From positions 4,776,001 through 4,840,000 of the forward strand of contig JASTWF010000033.1 of assembly GCA_030390025.1 (NCBI GenBank): 64,000 bases of DNA. Reading direction: 5' to 3'. The position numbers were made by a program, and so were the translations under genes. This document shows, piece by piece, positions 36,117 through 47,943 of this stretch (position 1 is its first letter; each line of letters begins with the position of its first letter). This stretch comes from Squalus acanthias. Taxonomy: Eukaryota. The notes under the pieces are model-generated. The model was not told the origin of the DNA and did not search any database. It saw only the letters and a list, made by a program, of their open reading frames with translations.

Positions 36117-38440
36117 ATGTAATTTATTATTTTTTTTATTCTTAGTTATGGACACTCTCTGCCCGATTATAGCTGCTAGTATCCCCTCTAATTAATTGGA
36201 TTTAAATTAAATCAGTCCCTCTAAATTACACCAGTTAAATGGTTTACCAAGAGTCACTCTGCACCAGAAAGGCCTTATTAACTACAACCCAGAGTTAAAG
36301 TTTGAAAAGAGCACCCTTCACCCCACTCACCCGAACTCACACTTACCCAAACTCAGCACTCTCTGCTGACTTGCACTCAGTGCTTGCTCTCACTAGCACT
36401 GGTCCTTTTCTACTGTTTGTTTGTTTACAGCCAAATGAGTCACCCCTGCTGATTGATTAGAAAACTGGTTTCCACTGCCTGCTGTGCCAATTTACTCCTA
36501 CTGCAGTGTAACCTTGTTTTACTCTTCTTAAACCAACAGAATCCCAAACAGTTAACTTTTCCCCTTCACTTAAACTGCTTAAGTACTCTTATCAAGAATG
36601 ATTTAAAGAGAACTAACAATTAAAGAACTACTCACACTTACCCAAACTCAGCACTCTCTGCTGACTTGCACTCAGTAGATGCATTGCTGGTCATCTTTCA
36701 AAATTCTATAGATTCTGCAACAGTTCCCAAGTATTGGAGCGTAGCTAATGTAACCCCACTATTTAAAAAAGGTGGTAGAGAAAAAACGGGGAACTATAGA
36801 CCGGTAAGACTGACATCGGTACTGGGCAAAATGCTAGAGTCCATTATAAAAGATATAATAGCAGAGCACTTGGAAAACAGTGACAGGATCGGACAAAGTC
36901 AACATGGATTTCCAAAAGGGAAATCATGCCTGACTAATCTACTGGAATTTTTTGAGGATGTAACTGCTAGAATAGATAAGGGAGAAATAGTGGATGTGGT
37001 GTATTTGGACTTTCAGAAGGCTTTCGATAAGGTCCCGCATAAGAGATTAGCGTGCAAAGTTAAATCACATGGGATTGGGGGTAAGGTACTGATTTGGATA
37101 GAGAACTGGTTGACAGACAGGAAGCAAAGAGTTGGAATAAACGGGTCTTTTGCCGAGTGGCAGGCAGAGACTAGTGGGGTACCACAGGGATCGGTGCTAG
37201 GACCCCAGCTATTCACAATATATATTAATGATCTAGACGAGGGAACTAGATGAAATATCTCTAAGTTTGCAGACGACACAAAGCTGGGTGGGCGTGTGTG
37301 CTGTGAGGAGGATGCAGTGAAACTCCAGTATGATTTGGACAGTTTGGGTGATTAGGCAGATGCATGGCAGATGCAGTATAATGTGGATAAATGCGAGGTT
37401 ATCCACTTTGGTTGCAAAAACAGGAAGACAGATTATTATCTGAACGGCAATAGATTGGGAAAAGGGGAAGTGCAACGAGACCTGGGTGTCCTTGTGCACC
37501 AGTCGCTGAAGGTAAGCATGCAGGTGCAGCAGGCGGATAAGAAGGCAAATGGTATGTTAGCCTTCATAGCGAGAGCATTCGAGTACAGGAGCACGGATGT
37601 CTTGCTGCAGTTGTACAAGTTGGTGAGTCACACCTTGAGTATTGTGTGCAGTTTTGGTCGCCTTATCTGAGGAAGGATGTTCTTGCCATGGAGGGAGTGC
37701 AGCGAAGATTTACCAGACTTATACCTGGGATGGCAGGAATGAAGTATGAAAGGAAATTGGTTCGATTAGGCTTATATTCGCTAGAGTTTCGAAGAATGAG
37801 AGGGGAGCTCGTTGAAACTTATAAAATTCTAACAGGACTAGACAGTCTAGATGCAGGAAGGATGTTCCCGATGGCGGGGGAGTCCCGAAACAGGGGTCAC
37901 AGTCTAAGCATAAGGGGTAAGCCATTTAGAACCGAGATGAGGAGGAATTTATTCACCCAGAGAGTGGTGAACATATGGAATTCTCTACCACAGAAGGCAG
38001 TTGAGGCCAATTCTTCAAATATATTCAAGAAGGAGATAGATAGATTTCTTAAGGCTAAAGGGATGAAGGGATATGGGGAGAAAGCAGGGTCAGGGTACTA
38101 AATTTGGATGATCAGCCATGATCTCATTAAATGGCAGCGCAGGCTCGATGGCCTACTCCTGCTCCTATCTTCGATGCTTCTATGTAACATAATGAAAATC
38201 AGTGCACATGAACCACAGAGTCTCAGGGCGGTGTTGGGGGAAGGTGATTAATCAGCACCAAAACAATTAAAGTATTTACAATAACTCTACTTAGAGTAAG
38301 AATAAGTCAATATAGAGAGGATTTGAATACTGTAACACTGCTGTCCTGCTGTTTACCTGTCAGTAATTAGTTAACATCTGTTTCTGTTGGTGCAGTTCAG
38401 TAGGAAACAAAGCATTATCAATGCATTTCAACTTATATAT

Positions 38441-40045
38441 GAACATAAGAACATAAGAAATAGGAGCAGGAGTAGCCCATTCGATCCCTCGAAACAGCTC
38501 CGCCATTCAATAAAATCGTGGCTGATCATCGACCACAATAGCCGTTTCCTGCCACTGGGATAGAAACATAGAAAATAGGAGCAGGAGTAGGCCATTCGGC
38601 CCCTCGAGCCTGCTCCGCCATTCAATGCGATCATGGCTGATCATCCAAATTCAGTACCCTGTCCCTGCTTTCTCCCCATATCCCTTGATCACCTTAGCCT
38701 TAAGAAATATAACTAACTCCTTCTTGAATATATTTAATGAATTGGACTCAACTGTCTTCTGTGGTAGAGAATTCCACAGGTTCACCACTCTCTGGGTGAA
38801 GAAATTCCTCCTCATCTCAAACCTAAATGGCTTACCCCTTATCCTTAGATTGTGACCCCTGGTTCTGGACTCCCCCACCATCGGGAACATCCTTCCTGCA
38901 TCTAGTCTGTCTAGTCCTGTTAGAATTTTATAAGTTTCAATGAGATCCCCTCTCATTCTTCTAAATTCTAGCGAATACAAGCTCAATCGACCCAATCTCT
39001 CTTCATACGTCATTCCTGTCATCCCAGGTATCAGTCTGGTGAATCTTCGCTGCACTCTCTCCATGGCAAGAACATCCTTCCTTTGATAAGGCGACCAAAA
39101 CTGCACACAATATTCAATGTGTGGTCTCACCAAGGCCCTGTACAACTGCAGCAAGACATCCTTGCTCCTGTACTCGAATCCTCTCGCTATGAAGGCCAAC
39201 ATACCATTTGCCTTCTTAACCGCCTGCTGCACCTGCATGCTTACCTTCAGCGACTTGTGCACAAGGACACCCAGGTCTCGTTGCACTTCGCCTTTTCCCA
39301 ATCTATTGCCATTCAGATAATAATCTGCCTTCCTGTTTTTGCCACCAAAGTGGATAACCTCGCATTTATCCACATTATACTGCATCTGCCGTGCATCTGC
39401 CCAATCACCCAACCTGTCCAAATCATACTGGAGTTTCACTGCATCCTCCTCACAGCACACACGCCCACCCAGTTGTGTGTCATCTTCAAACTTAGAGATA
39501 TTACATCTAGTTCCCTCGTCTAGATCATTAACATATATTGTGAATAACTGGGGTTCTAGCACCGATCCCTGCAGTACCCCACTAGTCACTGCCTGCCACT
39601 CGGAAAAAGTCCCGTTTATATCAACTCTCTGCTTCCTGTCTGCCAATCAGTTTTCTATCCAAGACAGTACCTTACCCCCAATCCCGTGTGCTTTAACTTT
39701 GCATGCTAATCTCTTATGCGGGACCTTATCGAAAGCCTTCTGAAATTCCAAATACACTACATCCACTGGTTCTCCCTAATCTATTCTACCAGTTACATCC
39801 TCAAAAAATTCCAGTAGATTAGTCAAGCATGATTTTACTTTTGTAAATCCATGTTGACTTTGTCTGATCCTGTCACTGTTTTCCAAGTGCTCTGCGATTA
39901 CATCTTTTATAATGGACTCCACCATTTTCCCCACTACCGATGTCAGTCTTACCGGTCTATAATTCCCCATTTTCTCTCTACCACCTTTTTATAATAGTGG
40001 GGCTACATTAGCTACCCTCCAATCCATGGGAGCTGTACCAGAGTC
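38441..40045 (-). mobile_element. CR1 LINE 3' portion with an extra short tail fragment appended (38441-38558)
   Basis: 331-aa RT ORF at 38651-39646, similar to the copy at 36674-38185; two consecutive tail modules. Confidence 0.92.
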
Positions 40046-40048
40046 GAA

Positions 40049-40200
40049 AGGTGTTCCACTCCGGTTAGTGACCCACACTCAGTGCAATTCTACAGTGACA
40101 GATTCTCCCAGTAATACATGGCCACTGGGGTCAGGTGTTCCACTCCGGTTAGTGACCCACACTCAGTAGTTCTACAGTGAGAGACCCTTCCACCAATACC
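40049..40200 (+). repeat. Short tandem duplication, period 84 bp
   Basis: aggtgttccactccggttagtgacccacactcagt...ttctacagtga starts at 40049 and again at 40133. Confidence 0.8.
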
Positions 40201-40502
40201 TTCTCTCAGAGAGTTCCTTACACTGAGGTCTGATTCAACAGTACACAATATTACACGAAAGTCAATAACTACATAACACAGCGAGCCCGTGAGTTACAAA
40301 CAGAGTTTTACTTTCAGTTGAGGCAATGGAATAAAACCTCAGAAATAATTCAGGACATTTGTCTAAACGAAATGCTATCACTGATCGGGTGTCTGTATAA
40401 CGGTGACCACTGGATCAGGATGTAACATTAACAGTCACAGAGCAAAACCAGAGACCAGCTCACACACAGATTTACACAACTTCAATGGTTATAATCACTT
40501 AC

Positions 40503-40569
40503 CAGGAACACCAATGACGGCAATGATCACGTAGTATATTTTCACCACACTGTAATATGTGTCATTCAT
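40503..40569 (-). CDS. GPR139-like GPCR coding exon 1 (N-terminus and start of TM1)
   Basis: ATG at 40569-40567, 22 codons plus 1 nt, consensus donor GTAAGT at 40502-40497. Phase 1 matches the exon 2 acceptor (G+TG = Val). Confidence 0.85.
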
Positions 40570-40654
40570 TTTCTGTGTGAAGCGATGTGTCCCTTCGTGC
40601 TGCAGGCAATCTCTCTGAATTAAACTCTGAGGCGGGACATTCCCAGAGCCTTTC

Positions 40655-40661
40655 ATTTATA
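40655..40661 (-). promoter_or_regulatory. Putative TATA box of the GPCR gene
   Basis: TATAAAT on the minus strand ~90 nt upstream of the exon 1 ATG, in unique non-repeat sequence. Confidence 0.5.
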
Positions 40662-43600
40662 CCCTGCGGGATCTCCACGGGGAGATTGAGGTTGCAACAT
40701 CGCTGAAAATATTATTTAAAAAAACATTTGAACAAACAGATGATGACAGCCGAGTTAATTCCCTGCTGTGATGGAATATATTTAGTGCTGAGATTGAAAT
40801 TGAAAACCCCAAAGACCGGGGAATTCTGGTCACATGAATTAACTAATGACAATTGCCAGCTGTATTCTCCCAGCAATGGGGTTGTTGTTTCAAACACCAC
40901 CAGGCCCATCTCTAGACCTCATATTGTTTCGGTGATGTCCTTCGCTCTGCTGTGGCCATTCAGTAATTAAATTCCAAAAGTTAGAGTGTCCTCTCAGGGC
41001 TGCTCTGCTGCACTCTGGGATGGGGCTGTCCGCCTTAACTGTGGCCATTTAGTTAAAAAATGAAAGTGGTGAATTTGTGTCGATTGATCCTCAAACTAAT
41101 GCTGCTATTCAAACTAATACAGCCCCTCAAACTAATACAGCCCTTCAAACTTATACAGCTCCTCAAACTAATACAGTACCTAAAACTAATACAGACCCTC
41201 AAACTAATACAGACCCTCAAACTAATACAGTACCTCAAACTAATACAGTACCTCAAACTAATACAGCCCCTCAAACTAATACAGTACCTGAAACTAATAC
41301 AGACCCTCAAACTAATACAGTACATCAAACTAATACAATATCTCAAACTAATACAGCCCCTCAAACTTATACAGTACATCAAACTAATACAGTACCTCAA
41401 ACTAATACAGTACATAAAACTAATTCAGTAGCTGAAACTGATACAGTACCTGAAACTAATTCATCCCCTCAAACTAAAACAACCCCTCAATCTAATACAG
41501 CCCCTCAAACTAATACAACTCCTCAAACTAATACAGACCCTCAAACTAATACAGTCCCTCAAATTAATACAGCCCCTTAAACTAATACAGCCCATCAAAC
41601 TAATACAGATCCTCAATCTAATACAGTCCCTCAAACTATTACATCCCCTCAAAATAATACAGCCCCTCAAACTAATACAGCCCCTCAAACTAATACAGCA
41701 CCTCAAACTAATACAGCCCCACAAACTAATACAACTCCTCAAACTAATACAGACCCTCAAACTAATACAGATCCTCAATCTAATACAGTCCCTCAAACTA
41801 TTACATCCCCTCAAAATAATACAGCCTCTCAAACTAATACAGCCCCTCAAACTAATACAGTACCTCAAACTAATACAGCCCCTCAAACGAATACAACTCC
41901 TCAAACTAATACAGACCCTCAAACTAATACAGTCCCTCAAACTAATACAGCCCCTCAAACTAATACAGATCCTCAAACTAATACAACTCCTCAAACTAAT
42001 ACAGCAGCTCCAGCTAATACAACTCCTCAAACTAATACAGCCCCTCAAACTAATACAGACCCTCAAGCTAATACTGCCCCTCAAACTAATACAGCCCCTC
42101 AAACTAATACAGACCCCAAAACTAATACAGCCCCTCAAACTAATACAGCCCCTCAAACTAATACAGGCCCACAAACTAATACAGACCCTCAAACTAATAA
42201 AGACCCTCAAACAAATACAGCTCCTCAAACTAATACAGACCCTCAAACTAATACAGCACCTCAAACTAATACAGACCCTCAAACTAATACAGCACCTCAA
42301 ACTAATACAGCCCCTCAAACTAATACAGTACCTCAAACTAATACAGCTCCTCAAACTAATACAGACCCTCAAACTAATACAGCCCTCAAACTAATACAGC
42401 CCCTCAAACTAATACAGACCCTCAAACTAATACAGACCCTCAAACTAATACAGACCTCAAACTAATACAGACCCTCAAACTAATACAGCTCCTCAAACTA
42501 ATACAGACCCTCAAACTAATACAGCCCCTCAAACTAATACAGCCCCTCAAACTAATACAGATCCTCAAACTAATACAACTCCTCAAACTAATACAGCACC
42601 TCAAACTAATACAACTCCTCAAACTAATACAGCCCCTCAAACTAATACAGACCTTCAAACTAATAGTGCCGCTCAAACTAATACAGCCCCCCAAACTAAT
42701 ACGGACCCTCAAACTAATACAGCCCCTCAAACTTATACTGCTCCTCAAACTAATACAGCCCCTCAAACTAATACAGACCCTCAAACTAATACAGACCCTC
42801 AAACAATTACAGCTCCTCAAACTAATACAGACCCTCAAACTAACACAGCACCTCAAACTAATTCAGACCCTCAAACTAATGCAGCACCTCAAACTAATAC
42901 AGCCCCTCCAATTAATACAGTACCTCAAACTAATGCAGCACCTCAAACTAATACAGCCCCTCCAATTAATACAGACCCTCAAACTAATACAGTACCTCAA
43001 ACTAATACAGCCCCTCACACTAATACAGCCCCTCAAACTAATACAGCCCCTCAAACTAATACAGACCTCAAACTAATACAGACCCTCAAACTAATACATC
43101 CCTCAAACTAATACAGACCCTCAAACTAATACAGCCTCTCAAACTAATACAGCCCCTCAAACTAATACAGACCCTCAAACTAATACAGCCTCTCAAACTA
43201 ATACAGCTCCTCAAACTAATACAGCCCCTCAAACTAATACAGCCCCTCAAACTAATAGAGCCCCTCAAACTAATACAGACCCTCAACCTAATAGAGCTCC
43301 TCAAACTAATACAGACACTCAAACTAATACAGTCCCTCAAACTAATACAGACCCTCAAACTAATACAGACCCTCAAACTAAAACAGTACCTCAAACTAAT
43401 ACAGCCCCTCAAACTAATACAGACCCTCAAACAAATACAGCCCCTCAAACTAATACAGAACCTCAAACTAATACAGACCCTCAAACTAATACAGTACCTC
43501 AAAATAATACAGCCCCACAAACTACTACAGCTCCTCAAACTAATACATCACCTCAAACTAATACAGACCCTCAAACTAATACAGACCCTCAAACTAATAC

Positions 43601-46600
43601 AGCACCTGAAACTAATACAGCCGCTCAAACTAATACAGGTCCTCAAACTAATACAGATCCTCAAACTAAAACAGTACCTCAAACTAATACAGCCCCTCAA
43701 ACTAATACAGCCCCTCAAGCTAATACAGACCCACAAACTAATACAGCCCCTCAAGCTAATACAGCCCCTCAAACTAATACAGACCCTCAAACTAATACAG
43801 ACCCTCAAACTAATACAGCCCCTCAAACTCATACAGCCCCTCAAACTAATACAGACCCTCAAACTAATACAGCCCCTCAAACTAATACAGTACATCAAAC
43901 TAATACAGCCCCTCAAACTAATACAGACCGTCAAACTAATAGAAAACCTCAAACTAATACAGCTGCTCAAACTAATACAGCCCCTCAAACTAATATAGCT
44001 CCTCAAACTAATACAGCCCCTCAAACCAATACAGCCCCTCAAGCTAATATAGCTCCTCAAACTAATACAGACCCTGAAACTAATACAGTAGCTGAAACTA
44101 ATACAGCCCCTCAAACTAATACAGCCCATCAAACTAATACAGATCCTCAATCTAATACAGTCCCTCAAACTATTACATCCCCTCAAAATAATACAGTCCC
44201 TCAAACTAATACAGCCCCTCAAACTAATACAGATCCTCAAACTAATACAACTCCTCAAACTAATACAGCCCCTCAAACTAATACAGACCCTCAAGCTAAT
44301 ACTGCCCCTCAAACTAATACAGCCCCTCAAACTAATACAGACCCCAAAACTAATACAGCCCCTCAAACTAATAAAGACCCTCAAACTTATAAAGACCCTC
44401 AAACAATTACAGCACCTCAAACTAATACAGCCCCTCAAATTAATACAGTACCTCAAACTAATACAGCTCCTCAAACTAATACAACTCCTCAAACTAATAC
44501 AGCTCCTCAAACTAATACAGACCCTCAAACTAATACAGCACCTCAAACTAATACAGACCCTCAAACTAATACAGCACCTCAAACTAATACAGCCCCTCAA
44601 ACTAATACAGTACCTCAAACTAATACAGCTCCTCAAACTAATACAGCTCCTCAAACTAATACAGACCCTCAAACTAATACAGACCCTCAAACTAATACAG
44701 CCCCTCAAACTAATACAGACCCTCAAACTAATACAGACCCTCAAACTAATACAGCCCCTCAAACTAATACAGACCCTCAAACTAATACAGCTCCTCAAAC
44801 TAATACAGACCCTCAAACTAATACAGTCCCTCAAACTAATACAGACCCTCAAACTAATACAGACCCTCAAACTAATACAGCACCTCAAACTAATACAGCT
44901 CCTCAAACTAATACAGTCCTCAAACTAATACAGACCCTCAAACTAATACAGTACCTCAAACTAATACAGCCCCTCAAACTAATACAGCCCCTCAAACTAA
45001 TACAGACCCTCAAACTAATACAGCCCCTCAAACTAATACAGCCCTCAAACTAATACAGACCCTCAAACTAATACAGACCCTCAAACTAATACAGCCCTCA
45101 AACTAATACAGCCCCTCAAACTAATACAGACCCTCAAACTAATACAGCCCCTCAAACTAATACAGTACCTCAAACTAATACAGCCCCTCAAACTAATACA
45201 GACCCTCAAACTAATACAGACCTCAAACTAATACAGCTCCTCAAACTAATACAGACCCTCAAACTAATACAGCCCCTCAAACTAATACAGCCCCTCAAAC
45301 TAATACAGATCCTCAAACTAATACAGCTCCTCAAACTAATACAGCCCCTCAAACTAATACAGACCTCAAACTAATACTGCCCTCAAACTAATACAGCCCT
45401 CAAACTAATACAGACCCTCAAACTAATACAGCCCCTCAAACTAATACAGCTCCTCAAACTAATACAGCCCCTCAAACTAATACAGACCCTCAAACTAATA
45501 CAGACCCTCAAACTAATACAGCTCCTCAAACTAATACAGACCCTCAAACTAACACAGCACCTCAAACTAATTCAGTCCCTCAAACTAATGCAGCACCTCA
45601 AACTAATACAGCCCCTCCAATTAATACAGTACCTCAAACTAATACAGTACCTCAAACTAATACAGCCCCTCAATCTAATACAGCCCCTCGAACTAATACA
45701 GCCCCTCAAACTAATACAGAACCTCAAACTAATACAGCTCCTCAAACTAATACAGACCCTGAAACTAATGCACTACCTCAAACTAATACAGCTCCTCAAA
45801 CTAATACAGCCCCTCAAACTAATACAGCCCCTCAAACTAATAGAGCCCCTCAAACTAATACAGACCCTCAACCTAATAGAGCTCCTCAAACTAATACAGA
45901 CACTCAAACTAATACAGTCCCTCAAACTAATACAGCCCCTCAAACTAATACAGACCCTCAAACAAATACAGCCCCTCAAACTAATACAGACCCTCAAACT
46001 AATACAGACCCTCAAACTAATACAGTACCTCAAACTAATACAGCCCCTCAAACTACTACAGCTCCTCAAACTAATACATTACCTCAAACTAATACAGACC
46101 CTCAAACTAATACAGACCCTCAAACTAATACAGCACCTGAAACTAATACAGCCGCTCAAACTAATACAGGTCCTCAAACTAATACAGACCCTCAAACTAA
46201 AACAGTACCTCAAACTAATACAGCCCCTCAAACTAATACAGCTCCTCGAACTAATACAGTACATCAAACTAATACAGCCCCTCAAACTAATACAGCCCCT
46301 CAAGCTAATACAGACCCACAAACTAATACAGCCCCTCAAACTAATACAGCCCCTCAAACTAATACAGACCCTCAAACTAATACAGACCCTCAAACTAATA
46401 CAGCCCCTCAAACTCATACAGCCCCTCAAACTAATACAGACCCTCAAACTAATACAGCCCCTCAAACTAATACAGTACATCAAACTAATACAGCCCCTCA
46501 AACTAATACAGACCGTCAAACTAATAGAAAACCTCAAACTAATACAGCTGCTCAAACTAATACAGCCCCTCAAACTAATATAGCTCCTCAAACTAATACA

Positions 46601-47033
46601 GCCCCTCAAACCAATACAGCCCCTCAAGCTAATATAGCTCCTCAAACTAATACAGACCCTCAAACTAATACAGTAGCTCAAACTAATACCCCCCTCAAAC
46701 TAATACAGCTCCTCAAACTAATGCAGACCCTCAAACTAATACAGTAGCTCAAACTAATACAGCCCCTCAAACTAATACAGCTCCTCAAACTAATACAGTA
46801 CATCAAACTAATACAGCCCCTCAAACTAATACAGACCCTCAAACTAATACAGCCCCTCAAACTAATACAGTCCCTCAAACTAATACAGACCGTAAAACTA
46901 ATGCAGCCCCTCAAACTAATAATGACCCTCAAACTAATACAGACCCTCAAACTAATACAGCCCCTCAAACTAATTCAGTCCCTCAAACTAATACAGACCC
47001 TCAAACTAATACAGCCCCTCAAACTAATACAGT

Positions 47034-47943
47034 AAAAATGTTTGTAGGCTGAAGGCTGGAAATTATAGACCAGTTAGCCTAACATCTGTGGTGGGATAAA
47101 TTTTGGAGTCTATTATTAAGGAGACAGTAACGGAACATTTAGATAAAGTTAGTATGCAGGTGCAGCAGGTGATCAAGAAAGCCAATGGAATGTTGGCTTT
47201 TATTGCTAGGGGGATAGAATATAAAAACAGGTAGGTATTGCTGCAGTTGTATTGGGTATTGGTGAGACCGCACCTGGAGTACTGCATACAGTTTTGGTGT
47301 CCATACTTAAGAAAAGACATACTTGCTGTCGAGGCAGTACAAATAAGGTTCACTCGGTTAATTCCGGGGATGAGGGGGTGGACATACGAGAAGAGGTTGA
47401 GTAGATTGGGACTCTACTCATTGGAGTTTAGAAGAATGAGAGGCGATCTTATTGAAACATATAAGATTGTGAAGGGGCTTGATCGGGTGGACGCGGTGAG
47501 GATGTTCCCAATGATGGGTGAAACTAGAACTGAGGGGTCATAATCTTAGAATAAGGGGCTCCTCTTTCAAAACTGAGATGAGGAGAAACTTTTTCACTCA
47601 GAGGGTAGTGGGTCTGTGGAATTTGCTACCCCTGGAAGCTGTGGAAGCTACTTCATTAAATAAAATTAAAACAGAAATAGACCGTTTCCTAGAAGTAAAG
47701 GGAATTAGGGGTTACGGGGAGCGGGCTGGAAATTGGACATGAGTTTGTGTTCGGATCAGTTAAGGCCCTGTGGGTGGCGGAGCGGGCCCAGGGGCCGAGT
47801 GGCCTGGTCCTGCTCCTGCTTCTTATGTTCTTTAGAGTTGAGGTTGGATCAGATCAGCCATGATCTAATTGAATGGCGGAGCAGGTCGAGGGGCCGATTG
47901 GTCTACTCCTGCTCCTTTTTCTTATGTTCTTATGTTCTTATGT
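47034..47943 (+). mobile_element. Internally deleted CR1 fragment inserted in the satellite, copy 1
   Basis: ESIIKETVTEHLD joined directly to KVSMQVQQVIKKANG (RT core missing), double 3' tail. Confidence 0.9.

Larger units (their letters stand above)
31880..36673 (-). mobile_element. Near full-length CR1-clade LINE (5'UTR, ORF1, ORF2, 3' tail), inactivated
   Basis: ORF1 at ~36116-35160; ORF2 at ~35121-32159 with APE (YLNARSIRNK, AITETWL, MGDFN, LDLVL, SDHN) and RT; tail (cataagaa)n at 31880. Confidence 0.95.
31770..38185 (+). mobile_element. Host CR1 LINE (31770-31879 and 36674-38185) split by a nested full-length CR1
   Basis: LKADKSPRPDNLHPRVLKEVTVEIV | [12 protein letters not shown]...[10 protein letters not shown]...GYGEKAGSGY reads continuously across the insertion; agta is duplicated at 31876-31879 and 36674-36677. 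Confidence 0.88.
20481..40569 (-). pseudogene. Two-exon class A (rhodopsin-like) GPCR, GPR139/GPR142-like family of cartilaginous fishes; probable pseudogene
   Basis: Exon 1 (40569-40503, MNDTYYSVVKIYYVIIAVIGVP, donor G|GTAAGT) joins in phase to exon 2 (acceptor ttctgtgttttacag|, from 21465), giving IAVIGVPVNLLAIVILSRGKCGLSTCTTRYLVAMAAADLL...FTFDRFVAIC...PLLPFALILLLNALTVRHI...SMILLFTISGSFILLW...LSCCTNTFIY. This has seven hydrophobic segments, a DRF motif and a TM7 NxxxY-like motif. A 1-nt deletion near 21141 and a TGA at 21122-21120 disrupt it. Confidence 0.88.

Noticed and set aside
18849..39743. Recurrent antisense ORFs such as SSSQHTLPPSLVSSANLEILHLVP and MRSWLIIQTQYPVPAFSPYP
   Set aside because: These are reverse-strand readings of CR1 RT sequence, repeated because the LINE is repeated.
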